Shown piece by piece: positions 42,808 to 51,798 of a stretch of DNA of 52,226 nt (position 1 is its first letter; every line of letters starts with the position of its first letter). The stretch is from the IMG/VR virus record IMGVR_UViG_3300028146_000004, positions 1 to 52,226 of that record. One strand, written 5' to 3'. The notes beneath the pieces are model-generated. The model did no database searches and had not been told where the DNA came from. It saw only the letters and a list, made by a program, of their open reading frames with translations. The DNA is from a virus (lineage: Duplodnaviria; Caudoviricetes). A program made the position numbers and the translations under genes.

Positions 42808-45569
42808 TACCTACCCCCTGCCAACAAGAACCCGAGCTCCATCGCGTGCCGCTTCGGATCGATCTCCTGGGTGGTGATGTTGATGTTCTGGTTGTACGCC
42901 GTATTGTTGTTGCTCGCGCCAGCTGTGAGAGTGTTACCTGCGTTCAGTGCTGCGCCTCCTGCAGAGTACCCCAATGCCGCATTCTGCGAAGCCATACCGT
43001 CTGCGAGGTCTCTCACCAGATGCTGTCCAGCGTAGTACAAACTTCCCTGACCCGACAACGGACCCTTCTTCGCTGGCGAGAATGGGAAGAAGTCCTTTAC
43101 AGCCTGAGCGACCTTCTTCAACGTGCCAGGCAAGGCTTCCGCCTTATCCTTGATGCCATTGATGAGACCCTCAAGCAAGTGCTTGCCTGCGTCATACAAC
43201 CACTTTGGCGCATCCGCGAAGAAGTCTGTAATGGCTGCCTTAGCCTCCTCGAACGCAAGCTTGATGATGGCCTTAAAGTCCTTGAACTTGTCCTTCACCC
43301 ATTGCCAGTGCTCCCCCCAGTCCTTGAACCAGTGGATGATGTCGCGGATGATATCGATCAGCCAGATGACGACAAGGCCGATGCCGATGATCGCTCCGAC
43401 GAACACTGTGATGATAGCAATGATCGGACCACCCAAAGCTACGAGTAGGAGGCCTGTGATGACTGCTGCGATGATGGCAAACCACTTGCCCAGGAACATC
43501 AGGCCGTGAATCACCATGTCGACTGTGTCCTTGTGCTCGTGGTAGAACTGTACGAGGTATGTGAACACAGGCTTGACGACGTGGTCGATGACCCAGCCAA
43601 CCATCTTGAAGGCCTCTACCAAACCATCCTTGACGATGTTCGCCACCTGCTTGGCTGAGCCAATGAACTCGCTGTCGAACTTCTGCTGCAGCTCCTTAAT
43701 GACTGGCGCGACCTTCTGCTCGATGACGTCAGCTAGTCTCTGAAGCGGAGGCAGGATGTACTTCTCGAACGCGTCCTTGACAGCCTTGCCGAATGGTACG
43801 ATTACACCAGTCCAGAAGTGCTCAACAGTAGCGGCCGAGCGGGCAATGATGTCCCGGAAGGCCTTGCTTCTCTCGTATGCTACGACGAATATTCCGCCCA
43901 GAGCTATGAGGCCAAGGACGAGCCCTGCTACAGCACCTACGAGGATGAAGAAGCCTGTACCCGCAGTGACAACAGCCGCCGCAATACCTGCGAGGGCTCC
44001 AATCACGATGAGCATGACGCCGCCGACGATCGACAGCACCGACACCAACGCTATGCCAAGAACGATCCATTTCTGCGTGGCTGGACTCAGGTTGTTGAAC
44101 GAGTCGGCGATCTTGTTCAGCCAATGCAGTAGGCCGACCAGGTACGGGTTGACAATCTGCCCGACAGTGATCTTGATGACGTCGAACTTGTTCTTGAGCA
44201 GCTGAGTCTGAGCCGCGACGGTATTACTCATCGTCGCGTAGGCTTGACCGAACTGCCCATTAGCATTCTGCATGTCGTGCAAGAAGCCAATGTAGTCGTT
44301 CAGCTCACCTGGCTTGAGGAGGACCTGGTCCAAGAACCGTCGAGCCTGAATCGTGCCGCCTGCACCCTTGAAGATATCAACCAACGCTCCGACTCGATCT
44401 GCGTTGGGAAGCTTGTTGAGGTAGTCCGAGAGACCCTTCAGGATCTGCTCGAGCGGCAACATGTTGCCCTTGACATCGCGAACCTTGATGCCGAGATTCT
44501 CCATGTTGTTGACGGACTTCGGATTCGAGATCGCGTCGAGCGCACGAGCGAATGACGTAGAAGCCATCGCGGCGCTCAGACCGTTACGAGTCAAGTATGC
44601 TAGACCAGCCGCAACCTCTTGGAAGTCCTGACCAGCGCGAGTCGCCGATGGGACGACACGACCGAACACAGATGCGAACTCGCCGTAGGTACCAACACCC
44701 TTACGCACCAGCTGGAACTGAATGTCGAGGATGTCGTTGACTTTCTCTATTGGCAAGTTGAAGGCGTTCAAGATCGGGATGGTGCCCCGAGTGGCGTCCT
44801 GCAGCGACACCTGACCAGCGACTGCTGTCTTCGCAAAGCCTTCAAGCAGGATAGTTGCCTGCTGCAAGTTAGCACTAGTCGACGAGAAGATGTCGTACAG
44901 AGCTGGCTGAACCTCTTCGAGGGGCACGGCGATCGTGCGTGCGACCTTCAAGCCTGTGTCGGAGATCTGCTTCAGGCTTGCATCGAAGCCATCAACCTGG
45001 GTCTTGGTCAGAGCAACCTGACGCGCATACTCATTCGCGGCATTGGCTGCCGAGAAGAGCATAGCAACACCTAGGCCTCCGGCCAACGCCAAGCCGGAGC
45101 CTACAGTGACAAGCGTTGCAGAGATTTGGTGTAGACCGTTGGCAAACCTAACGCTGGCCCTGTGGGTGCGTTCGAACTCAGACGCTTGCTGTCGCAACTG
45201 GCCAGTGAAGACCGACATCTCCTTGTTGGCCAGCTTATTAGCTCGCTCGAGGTCAGCTGCCTGTGCACGGAGAGCACGAGCATTCTGCATTACACCTTCG
45301 ATGCGTGCAGCAGAAGCTCCAGTGCCCCGCATTGCTGCTGCCCTGTTCGCCTCCAGGGTAGCCTTGTTACGAAGTATGTTAATCTGTCGCGTAGCCGCAA
45401 GCGACTTCTCAGCTTGCTCCTGCTGGAGGATTGAGGCGCGCTGGCGAAGTTGCTGAGCCTGCGCAAGAGCGCCAGCGCGCCCCAGCTCACGACCGAACCC
45501 TCGAACAACACGAGACGCCTCGTCACGAGCCTTGAGGACGAGGTAAATGTTTCGGGTTGCGAGAGCCAT
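42807..45569 (-). CDS. Tape measure protein
   Basis: 920 aa; TP901-like core, hydrophobic segments, PFSPAKKGPL motif. Confidence 0.93.
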   Translation of the reverse strand: MALATRNIYLVLKARDEASRVVRGFGRELGRAGALAQAQQLRQRASILQQEQAEKSLAATRQINILRNKATLEANRAAAMRGTGASAARIEGVMQNARALRAQAADLERANKLANKEMSVFTGQLRQQASEFERTHRASVRFANGLHQISATLVTVGSGLALAGGLGVAMLFSAANAANEYARQVALTKTQVDGFDASLKQISDTGLKVARTIAVPLEEVQPALYDIFSSTSANLQQATILLEGFAKTAVAGQVSLQDATRGTIPILNAFNLPIEKVNDILDIQFQLVRKGVGTYGEFASVFGRVVPSATRAGQDFQEVAAGLAYLTRNGLSAAMASTSFARALDAISNPKSVNNMENLGIKVRDVKGNMLPLEQILKGLSDYLNKLPNADRVGALVDIFKGAGGTIQARRFLDQVLLKPGELNDYIGFLHDMQNANGQFGQAYATMSNTVAAQTQLLKNKFDVIKITVGQIVNPYLVGLLHWLNKIADSFNNLSPATQKWIVLGIALVSVLSIVGGVMLIVIGALAGIAAAVVTAGTGFFILVGAVAGLVLGLIALGGIFVVAYERSKAFRDIIARSAATVEHFWTGVIVPFGKAVKDAFEKYILPPLQRLADVIEQKVAPVIKELQQKFDSEFIGSAKQVANIVKDGLVEAFKMVGWVIDHVVKPVFTYLVQFYHEHKDTVDMVIHGLMFLGKWFAIIAAVITGLLLVALGGPIIAIITVFVGAIIGIGLVVIWLIDIIRDIIHWFKDWGEHWQWVKDKFKDFKAIIKLAFEEAKAAITDFFADAPKWLYDAGKHLLEGLINGIKDKAEALPGTLKKVAQAVKDFFPFSPAKKGPLSGQGSLYYAGQHLVRDLADGMASQNAALGYSAGGAALNAGNTLTAGASNNNTAYNQNINITTQEIDPKRHAMELGFLLAGGR

Positions 45570-45577
45570 GTCTGCTC

Positions 45578-45817
45578 CTAGCTTACCTTGTTCTTAGACC
45601 GTTCAAGCTCCGCCTTCCTCTGATCCGCTAGGAGGACCTGCTCGAGCAAGTATACGAAGTACGCATCTTGATCACGTAGTCCACCTGCTTGTGGAAGACA
45701 CCCCGTAGCTAGACAAAGTCTGACTAGGCTGAGTACCTCTTGCACTTCCAGATCCATCGGCCGACTCATTACTATGGCTGTGTGGATCCGAAAGGTCAGA
45801 GGTGGAATTATTTTCCC
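45578..45817 (-). CDS. Tail assembly chaperone, -1 frameshift extension
   Basis: Slippery GGGAAAA at 45811-45817; the -1 frame is open into ORF 45578..45769 (LP--GG--DQ motif). Confidence 0.8.
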   Translation of the reverse strand, partial: GKIIPPLTFRIHTAIVMSRPMDLEVQEVLSLVRLCLATGCLPQAGGLRDQDAYFVYLLEQVLLADQRKAELERSKNKVS

Positions 45818-46236
45818 TTAGCATCTACCCCTGGAGACTCTTTGGACTGCTTCTCGAAGTCGTTCATCTCGCCGATGAGCGTCGTGATCTCCTGGCCGAC
45901 GCGCGGGTCGAGCTGACGGATGTGTTCGACGTTCTGGAAGTTGAGCTTGTTACCATGCTCGTCCTCCAGGTTGTGATCCATGACGCACTTCTGGATCTCG
46001 AGAATGTTCGCTGCCTCGGAGACCATGGCGATCTCCGCGTCGACGTTGCCGACGGCTTCGGTAGCAAACTTCATCTTCATCGCCTCGGAGTCCTTGGCCA
46101 TCTTCTCGCCATAAGACATCCGACGGAGTTCGATCCAACCTTCCTCGGATGCCGGCGTTGTGTCCGTGGCATCCGCAGCAGGCAGCGTCGTGAGACTGCG
46201 ACGCTCTGTGAGCTTTGAAACTGTTGCCCTTGGCAT
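45808..46236 (-). CDS. Tail assembly chaperone
   Basis: GGAGG RBS before ATG 46236; between major tail and tape measure genes. Confidence 0.8.
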   Translation of the reverse strand: MPRATVSKLTERRSLTTLPAADATDTTPASEEGWIELRRMSYGEKMAKDSEAMKMKFATEAVGNVDAEIAMVSEAANILEIQKCVMDHNLEDEHGNKLNFQNVEHIRQLDPRVGQEITTLIGEMNDFEKQSKESPGVDAKGK

Positions 46237-46318
46237 TTTCACCCTCCAGTATATACGAGTAACACGCGGTCCTGCCTTTAGCAGATCCCACAGGGCCGCA
46301 ACATTCCATTTCCGGATC

Positions 46319-46360
46319 GAGGTGAGGATCGCCTGCGCCATGTCTGACGATCCTCACCTC
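46319..46360. terminator. Strong hairpin (terminator or processing site)
   Basis: 13-bp perfect stem GAGGTGAGGATCG/CGATCCTCACCTC. Confidence 0.55.
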
Positions 46361-46366
46361 TCCCCT

Positions 46367-46537
46367 TTACTCGTCCGAGGCGGGCGCCGAGTCGGACGAG
46401 CTCTCCTCCACCGCGGCCTCCCCAGGCTCCGTGTGAAGGGCTTCCTCGAGGGCCTCGGTGCCCGGGTCCTCGGCGGCTTCCACGTTCGCGGTCTCAGTAG
46501 CTTCTTCGGCCGCCATACTCTCTTCGTGCTCGCCCAT
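46367..46537 (-). CDS. 56-aa extremely acidic peptide
   Basis: Below the ORF-track cutoff; AAGGAGG RBS; 19 D/E and no K/R. Confidence 0.6.
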   Translation of the reverse strand: MGEHEESMAAEEATETANVEAAEDPGTEALEEALHTEPGEAAVEESSSDSAPASDE

Positions 46538-46547
46538 ACTAGCCTCC

Positions 46548-46643
46548 TTAGACTTGAGTTAGACGTTCCTGCTTGGCTTTGTACTGAGGTTGCACATTCC
46601 TTTTGTCTCTATGTAGTCTAACCGAGTTAGACGTTGTTTAGAC
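46548..46643 (+). repeat. Six-box TTAGAC element D
   Basis: Boxes at 46548, 46559, then a 40-bp spacer, then 46605, 46616, 46627, 46638. Confidence 0.85.
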
Positions 46644-46663
46644 GCTAACGCTAGCCCAAAGAA

Positions 46664-47941
46664 CTAGGTGAGCTGCTCCTGCGTCTTGATCGTGATGTTG
46701 TACGAGTTCCCGGAACCGTCGATCGGGATCTGGTACGCGATGCTGGCTCTCACCAGATCACCCTCACCGCTCAGAGCGACCTCGTAGGTGTCCTTGATCG
46801 CAACTGCCGTGAGGAGTGTGATCAGGTTGTTGACGCCCTTCGACGCTGTGATGGTGATCGTCTGGGACGTCAATGCCTTGAAGCCATCGAAGTCGGAGCG
46901 GTTGACGAAGTCACGCTCACACGTGAGGCCCATCGCGCGCTCGCCGTAGCTAACGAACTGGGCACCACGGCCGGTGTTCTTCAGCCGGAACTGCGCAGTG
47001 GCGTTGTCGTTGCACGTCCACTCGAACGTGTCGACGTCGAACACCGCCGAAGCGGTTGGGATCTCGACGCTGTACTGACCCGCGCCGAACGGCACCGTCG
47101 TGGTGAACGCCGGAACGGGTGTGCTCTGGCTCGCTTCGTCCTGGCCGATGATCGACACGCTGAACATCAGCAGGCCGTCGGAGATCGAGAACTTGAACTG
47201 GCTCACGACGCACCCGACGTAACCGAACACGACACCAGTGTTCCGCTCGATCGTAATGCTCAGTGAACGCACCGGAAGACCGGCCGGTGTGGGTGTGAAG
47301 GTGTAGACGAAGTTCGGAGATGAACCCGTCTTGGCACACGAGGTACGAGACGCGAGGAGGAAGTACGGTACGACGTCCTCCAGCGCCTCCATCTCGATGT
47401 CGCCCTCGACGTGAGCGTTGCCCTGGACGGCGCCGATGATGTCAGCCGACTTGCGAATCGGACGACGCCAAACCGTCTCCTGCACGAACTTGAGCGACTC
47501 GTTGTTGAACGGGAAGAACTTCGTCGGAGCGACGTACGTACCAGAGACGCTCGCCGAGTTGATCAGCGGGAACGCACCTGCCGGAGCGCCGACAGCCGCA
47601 TCGTTGAACGACGTGACGGCGCCAAGCGTAGTGAGCAGCAGCTCGGTACCCGTTGCACCGCCAGAAGCCGTCCGGTAGATCTTGTAGCCCGTCGCACCCG
47701 TCAGAGCGTTCCAGGTGAGTGCAGCTGTCAGGTTACCGGCAGAAGTCGTAACCGTGACCTCTGTGGTCGTGCCAACCACGATGGCTGTCTCACCGTTGGC
47801 GTTGATCGCCGTGATGTAGTACTTGTACGTACCAGCCGTGAGTGCACCACCAGCCGCGGGGTTGCCGACGAAGTTCTGGACTGGCCCGAGAACTTCAGCT
47901 GCGATGCCCATCTGACCGGAAGCACCAATATTCTGTGGCAT
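46664..47941 (-). CDS. Major tail protein with an N-terminal Ig/FN3-like insert
   Basis: 425 aa; position and beta-rich tube-like sequence. Confidence 0.8.
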   Translation of the reverse strand: MPQNIGASGQMGIAAEVLGPVQNFVGNPAAGGALTAGTYKYYITAINANGETAIVVGTTTEVTVTTSAGNLTAALTWNALTGATGYKIYRTASGGATGTELLLTTLGAVTSFNDAAVGAPAGAFPLINSASVSGTYVAPTKFFPFNNESLKFVQETVWRRPIRKSADIIGAVQGNAHVEGDIEMEALEDVVPYFLLASRTSCAKTGSSPNFVYTFTPTPAGLPVRSLSITIERNTGVVFGYVGCVVSQFKFSISDGLLMFSVSIIGQDEASQSTPVPAFTTTVPFGAGQYSVEIPTASAVFDVDTFEWTCNDNATAQFRLKNTGRGAQFVSYGERAMGLTCERDFVNRSDFDGFKALTSQTITITASKGVNNLITLLTAVAIKDTYEVALSGEGDLVRASIAYQIPIDGSGNSYNITIKTQEQLT

Positions 47942-48165
47942 TAGACCTCCCCGGCCTCAGTCGGAGCGTCGGCCGGTACGTCGGGTCCGAGCTCAGCTAC
48001 GAAGTGCATGTTGTCGGGCCAGGCCATCTTCTGGGGCGGCTGACCCATTACCGCCTCGAACTGACGCATCTGCTCAGCCGTGAGCTCCTTGGTCTCACCA
48101 GCTGCGAACGTGCCGACGCCAGGTACCTGACAAGGCAGCTCGGCAGTGACCGTGTACTTGATCAT
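47941..48165 (-). CDS. Hypothetical virion-module protein
   Basis: GAGGAGG RBS; coupled to the tail gene. Confidence 0.65.
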   Translation of the reverse strand: MIKYTVTAELPCQVPGVGTFAAGETKELTAEQMRQFEAVMGQPPQKMAWPDNMHFVAELGPDVPADAPTEAGEV

Positions 48166-48174
48166 TCTTCCTCC

Positions 48175-48654
48175 TCACGCAACTGGTAGAGAGGTCTTGT
48201 TCTTGCCCTGGAAAGTCAGACGCGCTGTTCTGTACAGGGTTTCCCTCTTGAACGTAAAGCCAGATTCATGGTTGATGACGAACCCATAAATCAGTCGCGG
48301 ATTGCCTCCGCTGTCCTTGAGCTGCAGGTCCTGGTGCAACCAGTGCTCGATCTGATAGGCGAGATGGTCTACATCCTTTCGCGTCTGCTGAAGCTCCGCA
48401 ACCGGGTTGTGGTAGACCAGGATGAAGTGTGTGAAGACGTTCTCCGTCATGTTGGGAACGCCAGCTAGGTTCCTTGGACGATCTCCCGACTCGACGCAAA
48501 CCGACGGAGTGCGAGGAAGTCGCTCTTGGTCGCCATAGTATACGTCCGCAGCTGTAAAGGGCAGCGTGTACGCACCAGCCCCAATGCCGGCAACGATCTT
48601 ATCAACCAATGCCTGGTTGATTACCGTCAAGTCTGCAGGGTATGGATACGTCAC
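48175..48654 (-). CDS. Probable tail terminator
   Basis: Position and size. Confidence 0.6.
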   Translation of the reverse strand: MTYPYPADLTVINQALVDKIVAGIGAGAYTLPFTAADVYYGDQERLPRTPSVCVESGDRPRNLAGVPNMTENVFTHFILVYHNPVAELQQTRKDVDHLAYQIEHWLHQDLQLKDSGGNPRLIYGFVINHESGFTFKRETLYRTARLTFQGKNKTSLPVA

Positions 48655-49451
48655 AGTTGGTTCCAGTCCCTTCCTACCTCGGAGACCCTACGTTCCATCC
48701 AGGCTATGAAAATCTCCTGGATCGCTTCGACGTCCTCCTCTTGGAACATGATGAAGGGACGTGCGGGAATTACGATCTGCGTCGCACGCCTCTGGTTGGT
48801 CGGGTGAAGCTTACCGGACTCAAGCTGCTTGAGTACCTTGTTGATGTTCGTCGGAGTGAGAGGCTTCCCGAGGCTGCTGACAAGGTTGCGCGCAACGTCT
48901 CTAAGGCTTCCATATCCATTCTGGTGGAGAGCACCATACCAGACGTGCTCGGGTAGACTCTGGATAGAGGCCGACGTGGGTGTGATCTTCCAGATGGAGA
49001 AAGATGTCGCAGCTTCCTCTAGCCTGCCGGAACGCCTCAGGATCGGGTGAGCATTACCACCACGGACCTTAACGGTGTACTCGTGAAGTGGTGCCCACCT
49101 ATCCGGACGACCTTCTTCCTCGAAGTTCTTCCTGATCGACTCCTGCATGTACATGATGGCTTCGGTGATCGGCTCCGAGAAGTCCTGAAACTGCAAGCCG
49201 AGCCTGTCCACGTCCTTGGCGACGATGCCAATACTTGGCTGCAGCTGCCAACCGGCAAGTAGCACGCGTTGCAGCTGTAGGCCGCCGTAGATGGCGTACT
49301 TGACATCAGACGGTCGAAGAGGTCCAACCTGTGGCCCTGGACCTTGGCCACGCCCGAACGTCTGGCCAGGGATTGGAGTCATACTATTGCGGATGCCGTA
49401 CTGGCCCCTGCCACGTGGTATGTTGGGTACGTCACCCCATGGGGTAGTCAT
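48651..49451 (-). CDS. Mu gpG-like tail completion/virion morphogenesis protein
   Basis: F--EG-P--W-PL, L--SG-L, Y-A-HQ-G and IPARPF motifs. Confidence 0.8.
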   Translation of the reverse strand: MTTPWGDVPNIPRGRGQYGIRNSMTPIPGQTFGRGQGPGPQVGPLRPSDVKYAIYGGLQLQRVLLAGWQLQPSIGIVAKDVDRLGLQFQDFSEPITEAIMYMQESIRKNFEEEGRPDRWAPLHEYTVKVRGGNAHPILRRSGRLEEAATSFSIWKITPTSASIQSLPEHVWYGALHQNGYGSLRDVARNLVSSLGKPLTPTNINKVLKQLESGKLHPTNQRRATQIVIPARPFIMFQEEDVEAIQEIFIAWMERRVSEVGRDWNQL

Positions 49452-49465
49452 GCCTCACCTCCCTG

Positions 49466-49909
49466 CTAGAAGATCATGCCCATCGAGAAGGCAGCAGGGC
49501 CAAGGGAGGGATCGTCAAACGTCGGATCCATAGCCGACGAAGCATCCGTGGGGTAGTACGCAGGAGTACCTGCAACGTCTGGCACGCCCGGGAGCTGAAT
49601 CGTGCCGTCGATAAGCCCTTCCATGAGCATCTCGGCATTCTGCTTCAACCGGTCGGCGTAGTTGTTTCCCGCCTCGATGTCCTCGCTGTACTGACGATCG
49701 TACAGCCAGGCTACGTACATCTTGGCGATGATGACCTTGACAAGAGCTGGTGTGCTCGTGGTGTCTACCCAGGTCGAGGTTGGGAAGGCAGACAAGCGAC
49801 CGAGAACTTCTGTCTCGATCTGGTCGCTCAGCTTTGTGTCGAGGGTGGAGATAGTCAGCTTCGTACCCTCAACCCATCCCTGGGCGTCAGTGACCGCGAT
49901 GCGTGACAT
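49466..49909 (-). CDS. Head-tail adaptor (Mu gp36-like)
   Basis: P-LV--I....WLY...A---L--L--G-I-L pattern; position. Confidence 0.65.
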   Translation of the reverse strand: MSRIAVTDAQGWVEGTKLTISTLDTKLSDQIETEVLGRLSAFPTSTWVDTTSTPALVKVIIAKMYVAWLYDRQYSEDIEAGNNYADRLKQNAEMLMEGLIDGTIQLPGVPDVAGTPAYYPTDASSAMDPTFDDPSLGPAAFSMGMIF

Positions 49910-49941
49910 ATCTCCACCCTCCTTCGACTACAGAGCCGCTC

Positions 49942-50310
49942 TCAGACGGCGGGGGCTGCCGGGTCCGTCGTGCCGGCGGAGGCGTCTGAGGCAGGCTCAG
50001 CCGGCTCTGCAGTCGGGCTCTCAGCCGGGGCTTCCGCCGGAGGAGCAGCAGCCGCAGCGGCCGCCTCAGCAGCCGCCTTGTCGGCCAGCGCCGCGTCGAG
50101 CTTGGCCTGGAGGTCCGCGATGATGGCGTCCTTCTCCACCATGGCCTGGTCGGCCTCGGTGTCGTACTCGGTCAGGACTCCCGCGTTCCAGAGCTCGATC
50201 ATCTGTTCCTTGGTCAAGCCGGTAACTGCCTCACCCGGCTTGAACTCGACGTCCTCTTCTGGCGCACGACCAACCCGAATGAGGTTGACCGCACGATACT
50301 CCTTCGCCAT
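49942..50310 (-). CDS. Hypothetical capsid-associated protein
   Basis: GGAGG RBS; follows the capsid gene; Ala/Pro-rich tail. Confidence 0.7.
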   Translation of the reverse strand: MAKEYRAVNLIRVGRAPEEDVEFKPGEAVTGLTKEQMIELWNAGVLTEYDTEADQAMVEKDAIIADLQAKLDAALADKAAAEAAAAAAAPPAEAPAESPTAEPAEPASDASAGTTDPAAPAV

Positions 50311-50325
50311 CTCGTTCCCTCCAGG

Positions 50326-51318
50326 TCAGGCGATCGCGTTCTTGATCAGGTACGCAGCGATCGCCTTGCCGGCGTCCGCAGTACCCGCGTCGCCCTGGGC
50401 GACCAGCTTGATGTCGTAGTACCTACAGACTCGCACGAGGTCGCTCTTGCGAACCTCCTCGCGCCAGCGGTCGACGTACTGCACGGACCCGCCCGGGTTG
50501 CCGGACCAGCCGAACTCGTACGCGAAGGCCGGAATCTTCAGGCCGGCACGTGGAGGCACCCACGCGAACAGGGCGTCCTTGCCCCAGAGGTAACCGAGCG
50601 TGCTCGGCTGACCTTCGTTCGCGGTGTTGATGCCAACGCCCGGGATGAGGATCTTGTCGATGCCGAGGACGGCGCCGATCAGGTCCGCGCTGACGATGCC
50701 CCGCTCCGAGTACTTGATGCGCTCGATGAAGTCCGGGTGGTCCTCGAGCTTGGCCATCACCTGGTAGGGCAGAACGCCGACGTTCGGGTTCATGAAGATG
50801 CGGCTGTTGACCGTCACCTTCGCGGTCCGCATGTCGGAGATCGGGTCGGAGTTGATGTAGTCGTTCCACTGCTGCGTGCCGACGAGCGTGACCGTCGAGC
50901 CCGACGCGAAGTTGGCGGCCGTAGTCGCCAACGTCTGCATCGCCCTCTCACGACCGAGCATGACACGAGCCGTCACCAGCTCGGTGCCGTCGCGGTCTGG
51001 CGCGAGTGGGTTGTCGGCGTTCCAGCGCTCCTCGTCCGTGATCGGGATCTGGAGGCTGTGCTCGGAGGCGTAGTACGTGTCGGTCGACAGCGCGAGTCCG
51101 GGGATCTCGTTCGCTGCGGTTCCAGGCGCACGCAGGTCGTTGACGACCAGCCAGCCTTCACGACCGAAGATGTAGTACTTGTCCGTCTGCTTCTGGACGG
51201 GCACCAGCGGGAAAAGCTGGTCACCGATCAGACCGGCATTCGGCCACGCGACGGAGATCTGAGTGAGGATCTTGTCGACGTGAACGTTGACGCCACCTGA
51301 AGGGTTGTAAACTGCCAT
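50326..51318 (-). CDS. Major capsid protein (lambda gpE-like)
   Basis: 330 aa; VDKILT-ISV, LFP-VPV and W------DP--D motifs; position. Confidence 0.9.
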   Translation of the reverse strand: MAVYNPSGGVNVHVDKILTQISVAWPNAGLIGDQLFPLVPVQKQTDKYYIFGREGWLVVNDLRAPGTAANEIPGLALSTDTYYASEHSLQIPITDEERWNADNPLAPDRDGTELVTARVMLGRERAMQTLATTAANFASGSTVTLVGTQQWNDYINSDPISDMRTAKVTVNSRIFMNPNVGVLPYQVMAKLEDHPDFIERIKYSERGIVSADLIGAVLGIDKILIPGVGINTANEGQPSTLGYLWGKDALFAWVPPRAGLKIPAFAYEFGWSGNPGGSVQYVDRWREEVRKSDLVRVCRYYDIKLVAQGDAGTADAGKAIAAYLIKNAIA

Positions 51319-51338
51319 GCTGTGTCACTCCCTTCAGA

Positions 51339-51782
51339 TCACAGGACCGGCATGCCGGGCGTGAGCAGGACGTCGATGAGGTCGCCGGCGGCCGGCGTGC
51401 CGATGGGAAGCGGGCCGACGACGATGCCGAGCGGGACGTTGGTGGCTACCGCCAGCTTGACGCCGCCCTTGTTGGTCGACGTGCCGGAAGCCGCCACCTT
51501 GGATCCGATCACGATCACGCCAGGCGTGTCGCTGACGCGCACCTTCGAGATGCCCAGCACACGAACATCGGCGTTCGCCTTGCCCGTCGCGACCTTGACC
51601 GCGTCGATGTTCTCCTGCACCACACCGACGCTCGGCGTGGTCGCCGTAGCGTTCAGGTCGATGATACCGGTCGAGCTGCTCTGAGCGACACAACGGTACG
51701 CGGTCACGCCGAGTGAGTCGGACGTGTTGTACGTGGACAAGACCGGGAAGGACTTGTCAAGTACGTAGTTAGCACCAGCCAT
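51339..51782 (-). CDS. Capsid cement/decoration protein (DUF2190-like)
   Basis: GV-Q...V---GI--V...A-AGDLIDVLL; between scaffold and capsid genes. Confidence 0.75.
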   Translation of the reverse strand: MAGANYVLDKSFPVLSTYNTSDSLGVTAYRCVAQSSSTGIIDLNATATTPSVGVVQENIDAVKVATGKANADVRVLGISKVRVSDTPGVIVIGSKVAASGTSTNKGGVKLAVATNVPLGIVVGPLPIGTPAAGDLIDVLLTPGMPVL

Positions 51783-51798
51783 TCTGGTTCACCTCCCC

